Shown piece after piece: positions 49,119-62,114 of a DNA stretch of 64,000 nt. Below the pieces are notes generated by a model. The model saw only the letters and a list, made by a program, of their open reading frames with translations. It did no database searches and was not told the DNA's origin. The translations under genes were made by a program, and so were the position numbers. Position 1 is the first letter of the stretch, and each line of letters begins with the position of its first letter. Origin of the DNA: Octopus bimaculoides (taxonomy: Eukaryota); contig NC_068991.1 of the NCBI RefSeq assembly GCF_001194135.2, positions 54,095,631 to 54,159,630 on the forward strand, given 5' to 3'.

Positions 49119-49797
49119 GTAAGTTGTAATTATTTGATAATGTATTAAGGTTCTGAACTTCATATGTTCTTAGAAGAAGAATTTCAACATTTGATGATGG
49201 TTCCCCATAATAAGCACTGGTGTTAGTGCCACATTAAAAGCATCCAGTACACTTTGTAAAGTGCTTGGCATCCATCCGTAGAAACCATACCAAAAACAGA
49301 CTATGTTACCTGATGCAGTTCCTGTCAAACTGTCCAACCTATGCCATCATGAAAACAGACTTTAAATGACGATGGCAATGATAATGATGACGATGACGAT
49401 GAGGAAGAGGATTTAGACAGTACTTTGTCAGAAAGAGAAAATAATTTTTGTGCCCTTTATTTATCACAGTGTGAGTAACTAAAACTTCTTCAGCTGAAGC
49501 ACTAATTTGTGACTCTTAGCACCTTTTAATAGGCAAGGGACACTAAAAAATCATCTGAGGAAAGCAGGAGACATATTTTGGTGCTATTAGACTATTTCAA
49601 CTAAAGCGTCTTTTGTACAGTTGGCAAAACTAAGAGTGATCTATATATATATATATATATACAGAGAGAGAGAGAGAGAGAGAAAGAGAAAGAGAAATAG
49701 GCAAATGTAGCAATCCTGAATATGAATATCAACAATGCAGTTGAAGGACAGTACCTCAGGAGAGCTGTCTATAATATACACCTACAGTAGGGCCTCA

Positions 49798-49978
49798 CAT
49801 TACACCAATAACAACACATGCACTAGCTCAATATCACTTCATTATTGTTAGTTACTGATTGATTGTTTAACCAACACCTTAAATGATCGATTAGTTAGTT
49901 AGTTAGATATTTAACCAATTGACTAACAGTAAAGAAGTGATACTGAGCTAGTGTGTTGTTATTATTATTGGTGTAATG
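49798..49978. repeat. Foldback element with ~45-bp arms; related degenerate copies ~19330-19540 and ~39540-39740
   Basis: CATTACACCAATAACAAC..CACTAGCTCAATATCACTTC mirrored by GAAGTGATACTGAGCTAGTG..TTATTGGTGTAATG. Confidence 0.8.
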
Positions 49979-51233
49979 ACCCTCCCAAGACCCAACAAAA
50001 TATCTTGATTTCTGTGTAAAATAATTGTAATATTTAAAAATAAGTTTTGACATGTATCATCATCCTCATCATTTAGCATCCATTGTCTATGCTGGTATAA
50101 ATTGGATGGTTTGACCAGGGCTAGTAAGCTGAAGGGCTGAACCAGACTCCACTCTGATTTGGCATGGTTTCTACATCTGGATGCCCTTCCTAATGCCAGC
50201 CTCTCCAAGAGTGTAATGAGTGCTTTTACATGCCAACGGCATGGGTGCCAGTTGCATGACACCAGTATCTGCCATGACTACAATTTCACTTGGCTTGATG
50301 GGTCTTCTCAAGCACAGCTTATTGCCAAAGGTCTCGGTCATTTGTCATTGCCTCTGTAGGGCCCAATGCTCAAAAGGTGCTTTTTATGTGTCACCAGCAC
50401 AGGTGCTAGTTACGCGACACCAGTATTGGCCGCATTGCTTCTGTGAGGCCTAACACTCAGAAAGTGCTTTTTACATGCCATCAGCATGGGTGCTAGTTAT
50501 ATGACACTGACAACGGCCACAACAATCTTAATATATAATTTTTACTTACATATTCACATAAAAATTTTGAAAGTCTGTTTTTTCTTTCCCTGTTTCTTAA
50601 ATTAAATCACAACTACATTTACATATTTCCCACTTGGTTATTGTCTATATAAAATCCCAAGATGTTGATTACTATTGGATACTAAGTATCATTGCTAGAT
50701 ATTTGATACTATCATTAGCCCTTTGCCTGTCCAAAGCATATTTATAAATTTATCCTGACTGTCCATGCTTTTTCTAAACTTTTAGCTGGCTCTTGTTTCG
50801 TATGTTCTGACTAATACATAGCTTTCCTTTCATAAGTCCCAAGTTATTCTGGCTGTTGAAATAAATTGGGAATGTGTGTCATATATGATGCATGGATGGC
50901 AGGGAAATATGTGCTGTGCATCACATGGAATACACAGGACAGGTAAACGGTTCAAGCAATATTTTTACTATCAATTCTTAGAAATTTTCAAGTGTATATT
51001 ATTTTGGAAAGATTGTGTTTTCTCTTATCAAAGTTTATTCCAGCTCATGACTAACTAATGATTGAATGTGCATAAGAATACTGGTAATTCTTATCTAAAA
51101 GACTGCAGAAAAAGGGCTATTAATTTTTGTATATATTTTTCTGTTTAATTTTAATGTAATCTGACATATTTCAAGGCTTAGATTAATCAACATGAAGACA
51201 GACTATCATTAAATAAGATATAAAATTTTTCAG

Positions 51234-51278
51234 GTGCATTGTCAATCAACAGTTCAAACTAATGCAGGTTTCCCCAAT
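51234..51278 (+). CDS. CCDC9: Candidate 45-nt cassette exon: (E)CIVNQQFKLMQVSP(M)
   Basis: aattttttcAG acceptor, donor GTAAGT at 51279. Phase 2-2, stop-free, matches the phase-2 intron it sits in. Confidence 0.55.
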
Positions 51279-51879
51279 GTAAGTGACATGTCTTTTACAA
51301 TGTCTCTGGACTTCAAAGCATGGTTTCTTGACCTTTAGATTTATAAAAAAAAAAAAAGCTGATTTTGGTCATGTATCTATTTTTCTTCATTTACCCTTTC
51401 TTTTTAGCATTCTTATTTATTGTGCCTAGTGGTATTCTTATAGTAAAATTTATGTTTCATTGTTCATTGTTTTTTTAGTAAATATTTTTACATATGTCTT
51501 TATTTCTTCAAGTTAGTACTTTTAGTTGCAACATTTTATAATTTTGTATTGTGTGTCATGATTTCTGTGGTTGACTTTCATTTTCGTTTTGTTTTTCTTG
51601 TTTACGATGTCACTTAGCAATTCTATTTGGTATCTAGAATAAAATTTGCCTGCTATTTTAGTATACAGCAGACTGTATTATTAATTTATTAAGTGTTTGT
51701 TATAGCAGACTTGTGTTGTAATTGTTTTCTATGTTAACTTGAAAACTTTAGTCTTTTCTTTTCTTGATGTGTTCATATTTTTACTAATAATTAAAAAAAA
51801 GATGAGGGGAAATGGTTGATGGGGCAGGGAAGATGCAGGTGGGCATTTGTATGGAATTCTTGCCCATACCTTTCCTACA

Positions 51880-53850
51880 TACTGAGCAGGGCCATTTACC
51901 TGATTGGAGTAGGGTCCTGTCTGTTTTCTTACTTAATAGAACCTAGGTCTTTGCTAAGTTAACTTTAAAGCCTTTTGATTCCAGGTTTTGCTTCCACACC
52001 TAGAATTTCTTTTCTAGTTCTGTTACAGAATTTGTTATGAGAGCAAGATCATCAGCATATAACAGTTCCCAGGGGCAGCCAGTCTTGAATTCCTCTGTTA
52101 TGGCCTGGAGGACAATGATGAATAGCAGGTGACTGAGAACCAAACCCTGATGAATACCTGCCTGTACACTAAATTCATCACTGTACTCCTGATAAACTCT
52201 CACCTTACTGACAAAATCTCTGTACATGGCTTGTACGGTTTTCACAAGCCACTTGTCAACCCCTAGCTTCCTGAAAGCCCACCATATCACACAGCAGATA
52301 GCCTGTTGAGGGCTTTCTTCAAGTCAACAAACACCAAGTACAATGGTTCGTTCTTAACCAAATACTTCTCCTGCAGTTGTCTGACTATACAGATAGCATC
52401 AGTAGTGCTTCTCCCCAGCACAAAGCCAAGTTGCAATTCATCTAATCGGATTCAGTTTGTAATTAACTGAGCTATAACTCTTTCCATGACTTTCATGACC
52501 TGGTCTAGCAATTTGATGCTTCTGTAATTACTTCTATTTAAGGCATCTCTTTTACCCTTGTAGCAGCTGACTGTAATGTTGCTGCACCAGTCATCAAGGA
52601 TAACACCTTCCTGAAAAACCTGATTAATTATACAGGTGACTAAATTGTGTCCTATTCTGCCAGATATATTTAGCATTTCAGTGGTAACTCCCAATGGACC
52701 AGTGGTAACTTCTTAATTGCCAGTCCTTCTGTTGGCTTCTCATAGGGGAGACTACCTGTCTCCCATTCGTTCTCCACATTTAATAGTTTCTCATAGTAAC
52801 ACTTCCACACCTCTTTCTTTTCAGTGTTACTAAGTGCAAGAATGCCATTATTCATCCACTCTTCTCTGACACACTGTCTAGCAATCCATAACACATCAAG
52901 TTTCTGATGTTCATACAGTAAGAGATTGGCAAACCTCTTCCTTTCTTCTTCTGCCCTTGCTAGATAATCCTGTCTCTTAGCTTCCCTTTAGGCTACCTGG
53001 TACAGCACTTTGCTGCCTCCATTTCTCCAATCTATTCAAACCTGTCTCTTTGCTTTTATGGTTCTATCTATCACACTGTTCCACCACCAAGTCACAACCT
53101 TTAGAAGGTTGTCCTGTAAAAACTTCCAGTTGTCCTCTACATTATACATCACAACCTCCTCTTTTTCATCATATACTTTAATCATGATATCTCCAAATGT
53201 CTGACCGCTTGATGGTTCTTTGAGCTTTCGTAATTTCCTTTTCCAAACTGGTTTGCATTGTTGTGTCCATCTAGCTCTAAGTCTGAAGTTGCTAACCACT
53301 AACTTATGTTGAGCTGTACATTCCTCACTGGAAAAGGACTTTGCATTTATAAGCATCTCTTTATCTCTGTTTCTGATATGGATGTCGTCAATCTGGCTTG
53401 TATGCCCACCAGACTTACTATGGCATCACCACCCATGCTTTTTGTTGTGACTCCTGATTCCCCACCTCTTGACCAGACCAAGCCTGAAGATAATGGGATC
53501 CCTGGGTTGCAATGTGCATTCAAAGTGTCAATGTTCACTGAATCCTGCAGTTCACGTGGATTGCTTTGCTCTTCATCTATGGACGAGCCAAGTGATCCCC
53601 TGTCCAGGGTTATGCTACTACTACTATGTTACACCTGATTATTTCAGTCTGTACTTGCTATGCAGCACAAACAAGGGATAGTGACATGGCAGCTGTAAGG
53701 TCAAGCATCTGCAAGGGAAGAGAAAGAAAAAAAATAAAAGGATAGGGTGACTGTTGTAGGTCAGCATGCAACTGTCATCGCTCGCCATGACATCTGGGGC
53801 GAATCGTCGAGGAGGCCTCGGCAGATGTATGTAAGGAAAGAGCAAAATGA
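51880..53850 (-). mobile_element. RTE/BovB-type LINE remnant (partial endonuclease end + RT), many stops and frameshifts
   Basis: ORF fragments NYRSIKLLDQVMKVMERV, GIHQGLVLSHLLF, ELLYADDLAL, AQHKLVVSNF. Confidence 0.92.
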
Positions 53851-54593
53851 AACAAAGGCAGGCGTGATTTGCAGAAGTTAGAAATATTTTGTCATTAAAA
53901 GTTAACTGATGACTCTAAATATTCAAACTGTTACTTCTTACCTGAACAATTTAAACCAAACAAATGGAAGATCATGTTTGTTACTAATTGTCACTTACTT
54001 ACTGCCTCTATTGGAAAATACTACTACAAATAATATAGATGGTTGACATTTGTGAGAGTGAAAAGGAATGGTAAGACAGAATTCAATTCATGTTATGAGT
54101 GAATAATCTTTTGAGATAAGTGCAGGTATGGCCATGTTGTAAAGAAGTCACTTCCCACCCACAGTTTCAAGTCCAGTCCTACTTGGGCAGGTGTCTTCTA
54201 TTACAACCAGCCAAAGCCTAGTGAGTGGAAACTAAAAGTTTGTCATGTGTATATGTGTTTGAAAGTGCTCATATACTCTTGTCAGGACTTCACACAATAG
54301 TTACAAACAGGTGTCCCATCATACAAGTCAACCAAAAACAAAAATTCAAAATTCAAAGTGGTGATGAAAAGATAAGCAAAAAGCAGTTTGAAGTTCAAAG
54401 AAATTATGAAGAATATAGAACTTATCCACTCTCAAAATATACTAGAGTAATATCTGGCTTTTTAAAAAACATGATTGGATCTTATAAAATGTTTTTTTAC
54501 AATGTAAGACTGAAGATAAATGTATTGAAACTTATCAGACCAAAAATGTATTTATTAGGAATTGTTTTCATTTTATTTATTTATTTGTTTTAG

Positions 54594-54643
54594 GTATGAA
54601 GAAAATTCAAATGCAAGACGTCAGGAGTTATCTCGTCGACCAG
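54594..54643 (+). CDS. CCDC9: CCDC9-like exon: (E)YEENSNARRQELSRRP
   Basis: Long U-rich tract + tAG, 50 nt phase 2-1, donor GTAAAT. Links the phase-2 and phase-1 neighbouring exons. Confidence 0.88.
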
Positions 54644-56345
54644 GTAAATATCTTTTACTTCTCATAATTCTGTAAACACGTTCATATTATTTTAATGTCT
54701 GATAGCTTGAGTCACACATTTCTTTTGTGCCATGGTTTCTATGAGACAGTTACTTGTTATTTAGTAGTCAATTCATTTACTTTTACAGCGGCAGGATGTC
54801 TTAGCAATGCCTTCTTATGATTTATGTTAGGCTTGTTTAAACATTTAGAGATATACCTAAAAACATACAGCATTTTAACTTCAAGGCAAAAATTGTTTTA
54901 GCCTTGAACAGTTGATAACGCATTATGAAGCATATGCCTTGTACTATAATATTTGGGGCAATGCATCCCTAAATACATTTTAGATCACAAACAGACTGAC
55001 TTGCAAACCAATATTCATACACTTTATAAGCACCAACTCAAGTTGAAGTTTACTCTCTTCCACTAAAAGAGGTCTCTATTTTTCTGGAACTATTAGAAGT
55101 CACCTCCTCTTTGTAAACACCTTTTCTTCATCATCCAATGTAAATGATCTTACCTCTTGGACTCTGTATTAATTATATTGATTATAATTATATTTTTCTT
55201 TCTCTCTTAAACAACCTCCATCTGGAACTTGCACCCTACTTAAACATTTCCTTCATCTTGCCACAATAAACTGTACCAGCCTTACTCAGTTACTTCAATC
55301 TCTTTATCTAAGACAACCTAAATAGGTTAGGGTATTTTGCTGTCATTTCTCAGTTTAACATTACAAACATAACAAGAGTTATGAATATTACATTACTCAT
55401 AAAAAAATTATGAGTGGAAGAGTGGGTGAATTTGAATATTTTTGGTTTATGAAATGAAAACTTGAAGCATTAAATATAAACAGTGATGGACTTTTCTGTC
55501 ATCCTGTTGAGAGTTCCACAGCTTCTTACTGGACAACCAACACAGATCATTTGCTTATAGTGATCAAATGCTTGCATTGTGCATTAGCTCACTCACTCCA
55601 ACAGATCAACATTGCCTGTACAGGTACAAGGCATGCCACACATCAAATATCAAAGTGATCACAGAGCTGTGTAAACTTATGTGTTTTGCTCAAGAACACA
55701 ACACATGGCCTGGTCCAGGAATCGAAATCATGATCTTGTACTCATGAGTGAAACACCCTAATCACTAGGTTACACACCTTAATGTGTAATGAAATATAAC
55801 TAATAAAATATAAATCTTGCAGAAATTTATATTATAATGAGGAGGAGAAGACATAATTCCAGCATAGATGTTTCAAATCTGATGATAAAGATTTAAGAAC
55901 CTCTTTCAGCAGTCAGTTTCTAGTTGTAAAAGTTTGAATAAATACATTTTTGTTATTCTGTACTAGATGTTTTAGTTGTTTAATCTATGATCATAGCATT
56001 CTGTCTATGGCCATCCCATCTCAGTTTCAAACAGTGTATCTAGGACTACAATATCCAATGTGTCCTTCCTCTTTTTTTTTTTTTCTATGATGGTACGGTT
56101 TGGTTTGACTGCTTGCTATCTCTAACAGATCAAGTCTCAGTGTAGAGGCTCCCCCTGTTAAACGTCATTTAATACTGAAGTTCTTAACATTTCTGTAAAA
56201 TCCCTTGATAGAAACTAAATACCATTCCAGTAGATGTTTGAATGCTTTTTGCAGATGAAGCTTTTACATTCACATTCTTTCCATATACTGAATAAATACA
56301 CTGTAATCTTCTAAGTAATCTACTAAGTCTCATCATCATCATCAT

Positions 56346-56560
56346 TTAACCCTTTAGCATTTAAACCAGTTGTATCTGGCCAAAATATTCTACCTGTTTT
56401 TATAACTTTACACCAGCCAGATCTGGCCTCTCATACACCCCCTGTAATGTTATTCTAAAAGTAAACAGTCACATCATCAAAATCTCTAAGATAGTGCATG
56501 ATTAGTTCAAGACAGTGTGAATAAATAAGCATTCAGACTAATCTGAATGCCAGCAGTTAA
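56346..56560 (+). mobile_element. TTAA MITE copy
   Basis: TTAACCCTTTAGCATTTAAACCAG... family consensus. Confidence 0.8.
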
Positions 56561-57389
56561 TGTCTGTTTTCTATGCTAGCATGAGTTGGATGATTTGACA
56601 AGGGCTAGCAAGCCAAAAGACTGCATCAAACCCCAGTGTCAGCTTTGACATGGTTTCTACAGCTGGATGCCTTTCCTGATACCAACCACTTTACAGAGTG
56701 TGCTGGGTGCTTTTTTATGTAGCACCAGCACCAGTGAGTTCAAATAACTTGCATGACAAGATGCTTCAATTGAGGTGGGGGGATAGTACTGAGGGAGGTG
56801 ACTTAATGCCAGGTGATGAGCGGTTAAACTATGATAGAAGCATAGAAACAGGTGTCTTTCTGTAGGGTTAGATACAGTAATGAAAACAGATGTGTTGATT
56901 TATTGGAATGTAATTTTTTTAGTAAAGATCATAAATTAATAAGTTATTGCTCAGCCCTGCCCCTTCTTTATATTGATTATCTAATCACAGTGATTACAAG
57001 TGGTCTCAAAGGTGGAAACTCAAAGAAATGGTCATTTAGAAAATCTATTTTTTTCTCTGATCACAAGTTAGTTATAGAAGTAAGCTGGTTGATTGCATAC
57101 AGCATTAGATAACCTGCTCAAAAGTCATGAGTTTAGATGATCTGTTGCAGGTGTTTTATTGGAGTTCTGAGCAAACATTGTAGTCTACATTGCCTGAGTT
57201 CATCTAGCTATCAATTACCAGATCTGGAAAGTTACCTGTGATAGGCTGGTAGGAAGATTTGTTAGTTACTTGCTTAGTTGTATTAAATCTGATCTAAGCA
57301 CTCACCCTCAACAACCCTTGTGGCTCAGGATGATGGAATGAAAAGATGGATGAGGTATATATTATGTATTAAAGAATGAATAAAGAACT

Positions 57390-57600
57390 TAATCCTTTAG
57401 CATCTGGCCAAAATACTCTACTTGTTTTATGCTCAAACCGACTGGACCTGGCCTCTCAAACCCAGCCTTCAATGTCATTCTAAAAGTAAACGATTACATC
57501 ATTGAAATCTTGAAGTTATAAGATAATGCATGAATAATTTCAAAGTAGTGAATTAATTAGCATTAAATTTGACAGAGTAATCTGAACACTAATAGGTTAA
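57390..57600 (+). mobile_element. TTAA MITE copy
   Basis: TTAATCCTTTAGCATC...AATAGGTTAA. Confidence 0.75.
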
Positions 57601-57659
57601 GGTATCGAGTTTGTTCTAGGCTACTGCAGAAGCTTTTGACACATGAAATTTTTGCCTCC

Positions 57660-57735
57660 CAGAACCTTGATATGTCTAAAATATATGAAAGGAGTAGCAG
57701 AACCTTGATATGTCTAAAATATATGAAAGGAGTAG
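57660..57735. repeat. Perfect 38-bp tandem duplication
   Basis: CAGAACCTTGATATGTCTAAAATATATGAAAGGAGTAG x2. Confidence 0.95.
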
Positions 57736-58640
57736 TAGTACGTGACTACAAAGCTTAGAAAAAGAAAAGAAATGGAAGTCAAGTGTTCAAATCCCATTGG
57801 CGCCTCTTCTTGTAACTTAGCAGTTCAGCAAAGGAGACCAACAGAATTAGTACCAGACTTTAAAAATAACTACATGAGTTGATCTGGCTAAAAGCCTTCA
57901 AGGCAGTGCCCCAGTACGACCATAGTCCAATGATTAAAACAGGTAAGAAATAAAAGATTCAGTTTCAAGTCGTGCTACTTGTATGGAAAGCTGACTTTAT
58001 TTGCATAAACCAGGTTTATTTAAATTAAGCTTCACTTCTTCCCTGAGTAATTGTATTTAATAAGATTATTGAAGAAATATTCAAAGTTTCCAGTCATCTT
58101 TTATCTTTTATTTGTTTCACTCATTGTACTGTGGCCATGCTGGGGCACTGCTTTGAAGGGTTAAGCAAATTGATCCCAGTACTTATTTTTGATACTTACA
58201 CTATCAGTCACTTTTACCTAACCACTAAGTCACGAGGATGTAAACAAACCAACACTGGTTGTCCAGCAGTAGGTGGGTTGTGGTATTCACAAAGATAGAT
58301 GCACGCACTCATAAATACATATATGCATACATGACGAGCTTCCACACAGTTTCTGACTACCAAATTCACTCACAAAGCATAGGTCAGCCTGGGCTGTAGT
58401 CGAAGACACTTGTCCAAGGTGCTACACGATGGGACTGATCCTGAAACCATGTGGTTTGCTAAGTGAGTTTCTTAACCACACAACCTGGTTGAAGATTAAA
58501 TTTTGAAAAATTACTTGTTCATTTCACATGAAAAATTAACTAAAACCATGTTTTCAAGTTAACAATATTGAAAACAAGGTTAAATGTAATTGACTAGCCT
58601 CTCCCCAAAATTTCAGACCCTGTGCTTATAGTAGAAAGAA

Positions 58641-59010
58641 TTATTACCTCCACCTTAGCAAAGGTGGAGGTATTGTTTTCAGTCATATTTGTTTGTTTGT
58701 CCATGAACAAGGTGTCTCAAGAATCACTGGATGGATTCAGATGAAACTTTCAGGGATGTTTGGCCTCATGACTGGCATGAACTGATTAGATTTTGGGATC
58801 AGTCCGGTACTGGACAAGGATTCTGGATTATTTTTCCTGTTTTTTTTACTCAATTTTTGAGAGCAGTCAGATTCATTTTTAGTATTCTCTTTTGTGAGAG
58901 CAGTTGAGTCTATTTCAGATATTCTCATTTTAAAAATCATCCCTGGCTAATCTTTGAGAAGTCATTGGTATTGCCTTGGTGGAAGTTTGCGCTCTCTGAG
59001 TGCTCTTGTT
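58641..59010 (+). mobile_element. Helentron-associated (DINE-1/HINE-like) element, apparently complete
   Basis: 5' TTATTACCTCCACC with hairpin partner GGTGGAGG; 3' subterminal GGTGGAAGT followed by stem-loop GCGCTCTCTGAGTGC and TT end. Confidence 0.65.
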
Positions 59011-59099
59011 GTAATGCTTTTTTTTCACTTTGTACGTTTTCTTTTTTTATATCATACCAGATTATTCGTGAGTTGTGGGTGTTAGCTTTAACTATGTAA

Positions 59100-59560
59100 T
59101 TGTGGGTGGGGGGTGGGTTCTGTGTCCCTCTATATGCATGTACTAAGCACCAGGTGTTTGGCTAACTTGCAAGGACTTGGTCTCTAGTTTAGTGTTTTGT
59201 TTATTTTGTGTGGTCATCTTTCTCCCATGGACATAATTTTCATCAGTATGTAGACGTTCCTCATAGGAGCTATATTTAATAATTCTTGATTTGAAAAGGT
59301 CTCTGGTCAGGAGTTTAATTTAGAAACCTTACCTGTAACCTACTGTTCTTCCCATTTTACCTGTAAATCTGTTTATATTCTGAGAGTTGTTCTGTTTCAT
59401 TGATATGTGCTTGTTTATCAATCATTTATATACATTTTATTTTTGTGGTCTTTTATGATTATATCAAATTTATTAGCCTAGACCTCTGTATTAACATACA
59501 TAGTGTTGGCACTTAGTTTTCTTATGTAATTTTTTTTACGATTATTTCACTATTCTATCT
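59100..59560 (-). mobile_element. Possible Penelope-like RT remnant
   Basis: Minus strand TRDLFKSRIIKYSS..resembles the PLE RT C-terminal RD.F.F.I..P motif; very degenerate. Confidence 0.3.
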
Positions 59561-60805
59561 TCACAACACCCAAGAATGTGTTTAGTGAATCTACTTACCT
59601 GCATGTTGTGCCCATCTGTGCGTCTGTGATATTTGATTTGATGACTATTGGAGTGTTTTCCAGATGCTCACAACACTCTTATATCCTGGACTCAGTCACA
59701 TCACCCCATAAAGTATTAGCAGAAGTGATGAATGACAGCAATTTAAGAATTGCATTGTATACAGCCAAGGAAAGATTCCAGAAGCATTTTTGGTGGGTTT
59801 GCATGTCTAGGCTTAAAATTTTTTACATCTCTGGCCAATTGATGCAAATGATGAGTTCTTGCTGGTAATAATAAATTCTCAAAGTATGACATGGCAGATA
59901 ACCAGCAATATATGAAGTGTAGTGAGCTCAAAGGAACAAAGTAAATCCTGCATTCAATTCTCATTGTCAATTAAAGAGAGACTACTGTTGTTTTATGCTT
60001 TGGATGGTAGCAACCAATCGGCCAAAATAATTCTGGTATTAATGTAGAGATAGCAGCATTGCTGGAATCATTGTGCTTCAAGAGTAGTTTTACAGGCCTG
60101 GATGTGCTGCTGTTAGTTAGACTTGCCCAAGATGTTCAGTAGTAAATAAGAATTGTTGACTTGTGGAATTATTTCAAACAGCTGTTATTGTCTGTTGGGC
60201 TGATTCACTCATTCTCCAAAACCATTGTAAAAAATCACTCCTACCAGTTTCCTTTGGCATGTGCCAGCACCATGTAAAAAGCACCCATGCTGGTGCCATG
60301 TAAAAAGCACCCATATCTATGCCACTTAATAAGCACATCGTACATTCTGTAAAGTGGTTGGCATAACAAAGGGCATCCAGCCATAGAAACCAAACCAAAA
60401 CGGATGACTAGATCCTGGTGCAGCTCTCTGCTTTACCAGCTCCTGTCATACCATTCAACCCATGCCAGCTCGGGAAACAGACATTAAATGATGATGATGA
60501 TATGATCAAACACAAGCCTGTCTTCTTCATTTAAGAGCTCCTACCCCAGATTGTGTTATCACCCATGGTAGCTCTCCATAAAACACAGTTTTTCCACTAC
60601 TAACTCCATCTACTGGATTGCATGCAAGCTCAACCTATATGTTACAGATTGGTGGAATGAGGCACCTGTTATGTAACAGCACCAGTTCAGACTTTCTAGA
60701 TGCAATACATAAACAATCTATTTTATGAATGTTAAATTGTTTTTTGTTTTCTTTTGACTACCACAAGTTTCTCTACAAATCTTCACATTTTATTTTATAT
60801 TATTT

Positions 60806-61090
60806 GTTGTGCTGGTGTCACATTAAAAGCATTGGTGCTGGTGCCACATAAAAAGCACTGGTGCTGGTGATGCATAAGAAGCACTGGTGCTGGTGCTATG
60901 TAAAATGCACCCAGTACACTTTGCAAAGTGGTTGGTATTAGGAAGAGCATCCAGCTGTAGAAACCATGCCGAAACAGACTATAGAACCTGGTATGTACCC
61001 TGGCCTTGCCAGCTCCTGTCAAACAGTCCAACCCATGCCAACATGAAAAATGAATGTTAAATGATGATGATGATGATAATGATGATGAAA
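60806..61090 (+). mobile_element. RTE 3'-UTR module alone (5'-truncated LINE or tail-sharing SINE). Others ~13640-13862(+), 25735-26150(-), 26405-26561(-), 34150-34420(+), 49205-49410(+), 50055-50520(-), 56560-56870(-), 60255-60500(+)
   Basis: GTGCTGGTGCCAC.TAAAAAGCAC units, TTAGGAAG(G/A)GCATCCAGC, CCAACCCATGCCA.CATG..AA, (ATG)n tail. Confidence 0.85.
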
Positions 61091-61292
61091 TCTCTACTCT
61101 AAGACATTACACTTCCATTCTCTTTGCAGCACTGAAACAATCTATTTTATGAATGTTGTTAAACAGTAATTATTTTTTTTCCCCTGACACTGACTACCAC
61201 AAGGTTTTCACAAACCTTACATTTCATTGTATATTACTTAGGAAATTTGCAATCCATTTTCAAATGAGATTATCCAGTTGAAGATTTTATAG

Positions 61293-61852
61293 TTTATCCT
61301 GTTAGTGTTAAACCAGCCATGTCTGGTCCAAATATTCTACCTGTTTTATGTTCAAAATGGCTAGATCCAGCCTCTCACACCTATCTTACAATGTCATTCT
61401 AAATATAAACAATCAGATAGTTGAAATTTCAAAACTACACGGTAATATATGATTTATTCAAAATAATGTGAATAAATTAGCATTGCTTTTGATGGAGTAA
61501 CTGTAACTAACTGTCACTCTATCTGTTACAACACCAAAGGTTCCATTTGATCTGATCAACAGAACTGCCTGCTTATGAAATTAATGTACAAGTGGCTGAC
61601 TACTACCCTGAACATAGTTCTCAGGGAGATTCAGCTTGACACAGAATGTGACATGGTTGACCTTTAAAATACAGGTAGTACTCATTTTTTTCAGCTGAGT
61701 GGACTGGAGCAACATGAAATGAAGTGTCTTGCTCAGGGACACAACACACCACCAGGAATCAAACTCATGCCCTTTTGATCATGAGCTAAATACTCTAACC
61801 AGTAAGCCGTGCACCTTCATTTGTCAGAGTAATCTGAATGTTAAAGGGTTAT
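61293..61852 (+). mobile_element. TTAA MITE interrupted by an antisense SINE (~61501-61819)
   Basis: MITE body to 61500, SINE, then MITE end TTTGTCAGAGTAATCTGAATGTTAAAGGGTTA. Confidence 0.75.
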
Positions 61853-62114
61853 ACGCCATTTTCAATGAAACATCTGGATTAATGGGGAATCTATAGTCTG
61901 CAGAATTCATTCTTAGATAGTATTATTTTACATAGAGGTGCGCATATATATCTTTTTATGAAGACCAATTGATCTCTCTCTCCTCCTCTCGTTTCCTAAA
62001 CCATCTTACATGTTGCTATTTCCCATCATTTTAATTATGGAACATTAATTAGTCCAAATTCATTTGCTGAATTTTTTTTTTCTTTTTTTTCCCCCCTGTT
62101 TCCTGTATGTCTAG

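Noticed and set aside
60820-60915. Short direct repeats superficially like a CRISPR array
   Set aside because: Eukaryotic LINE 3' UTR tandem units with no unique spacers and no cas genes.
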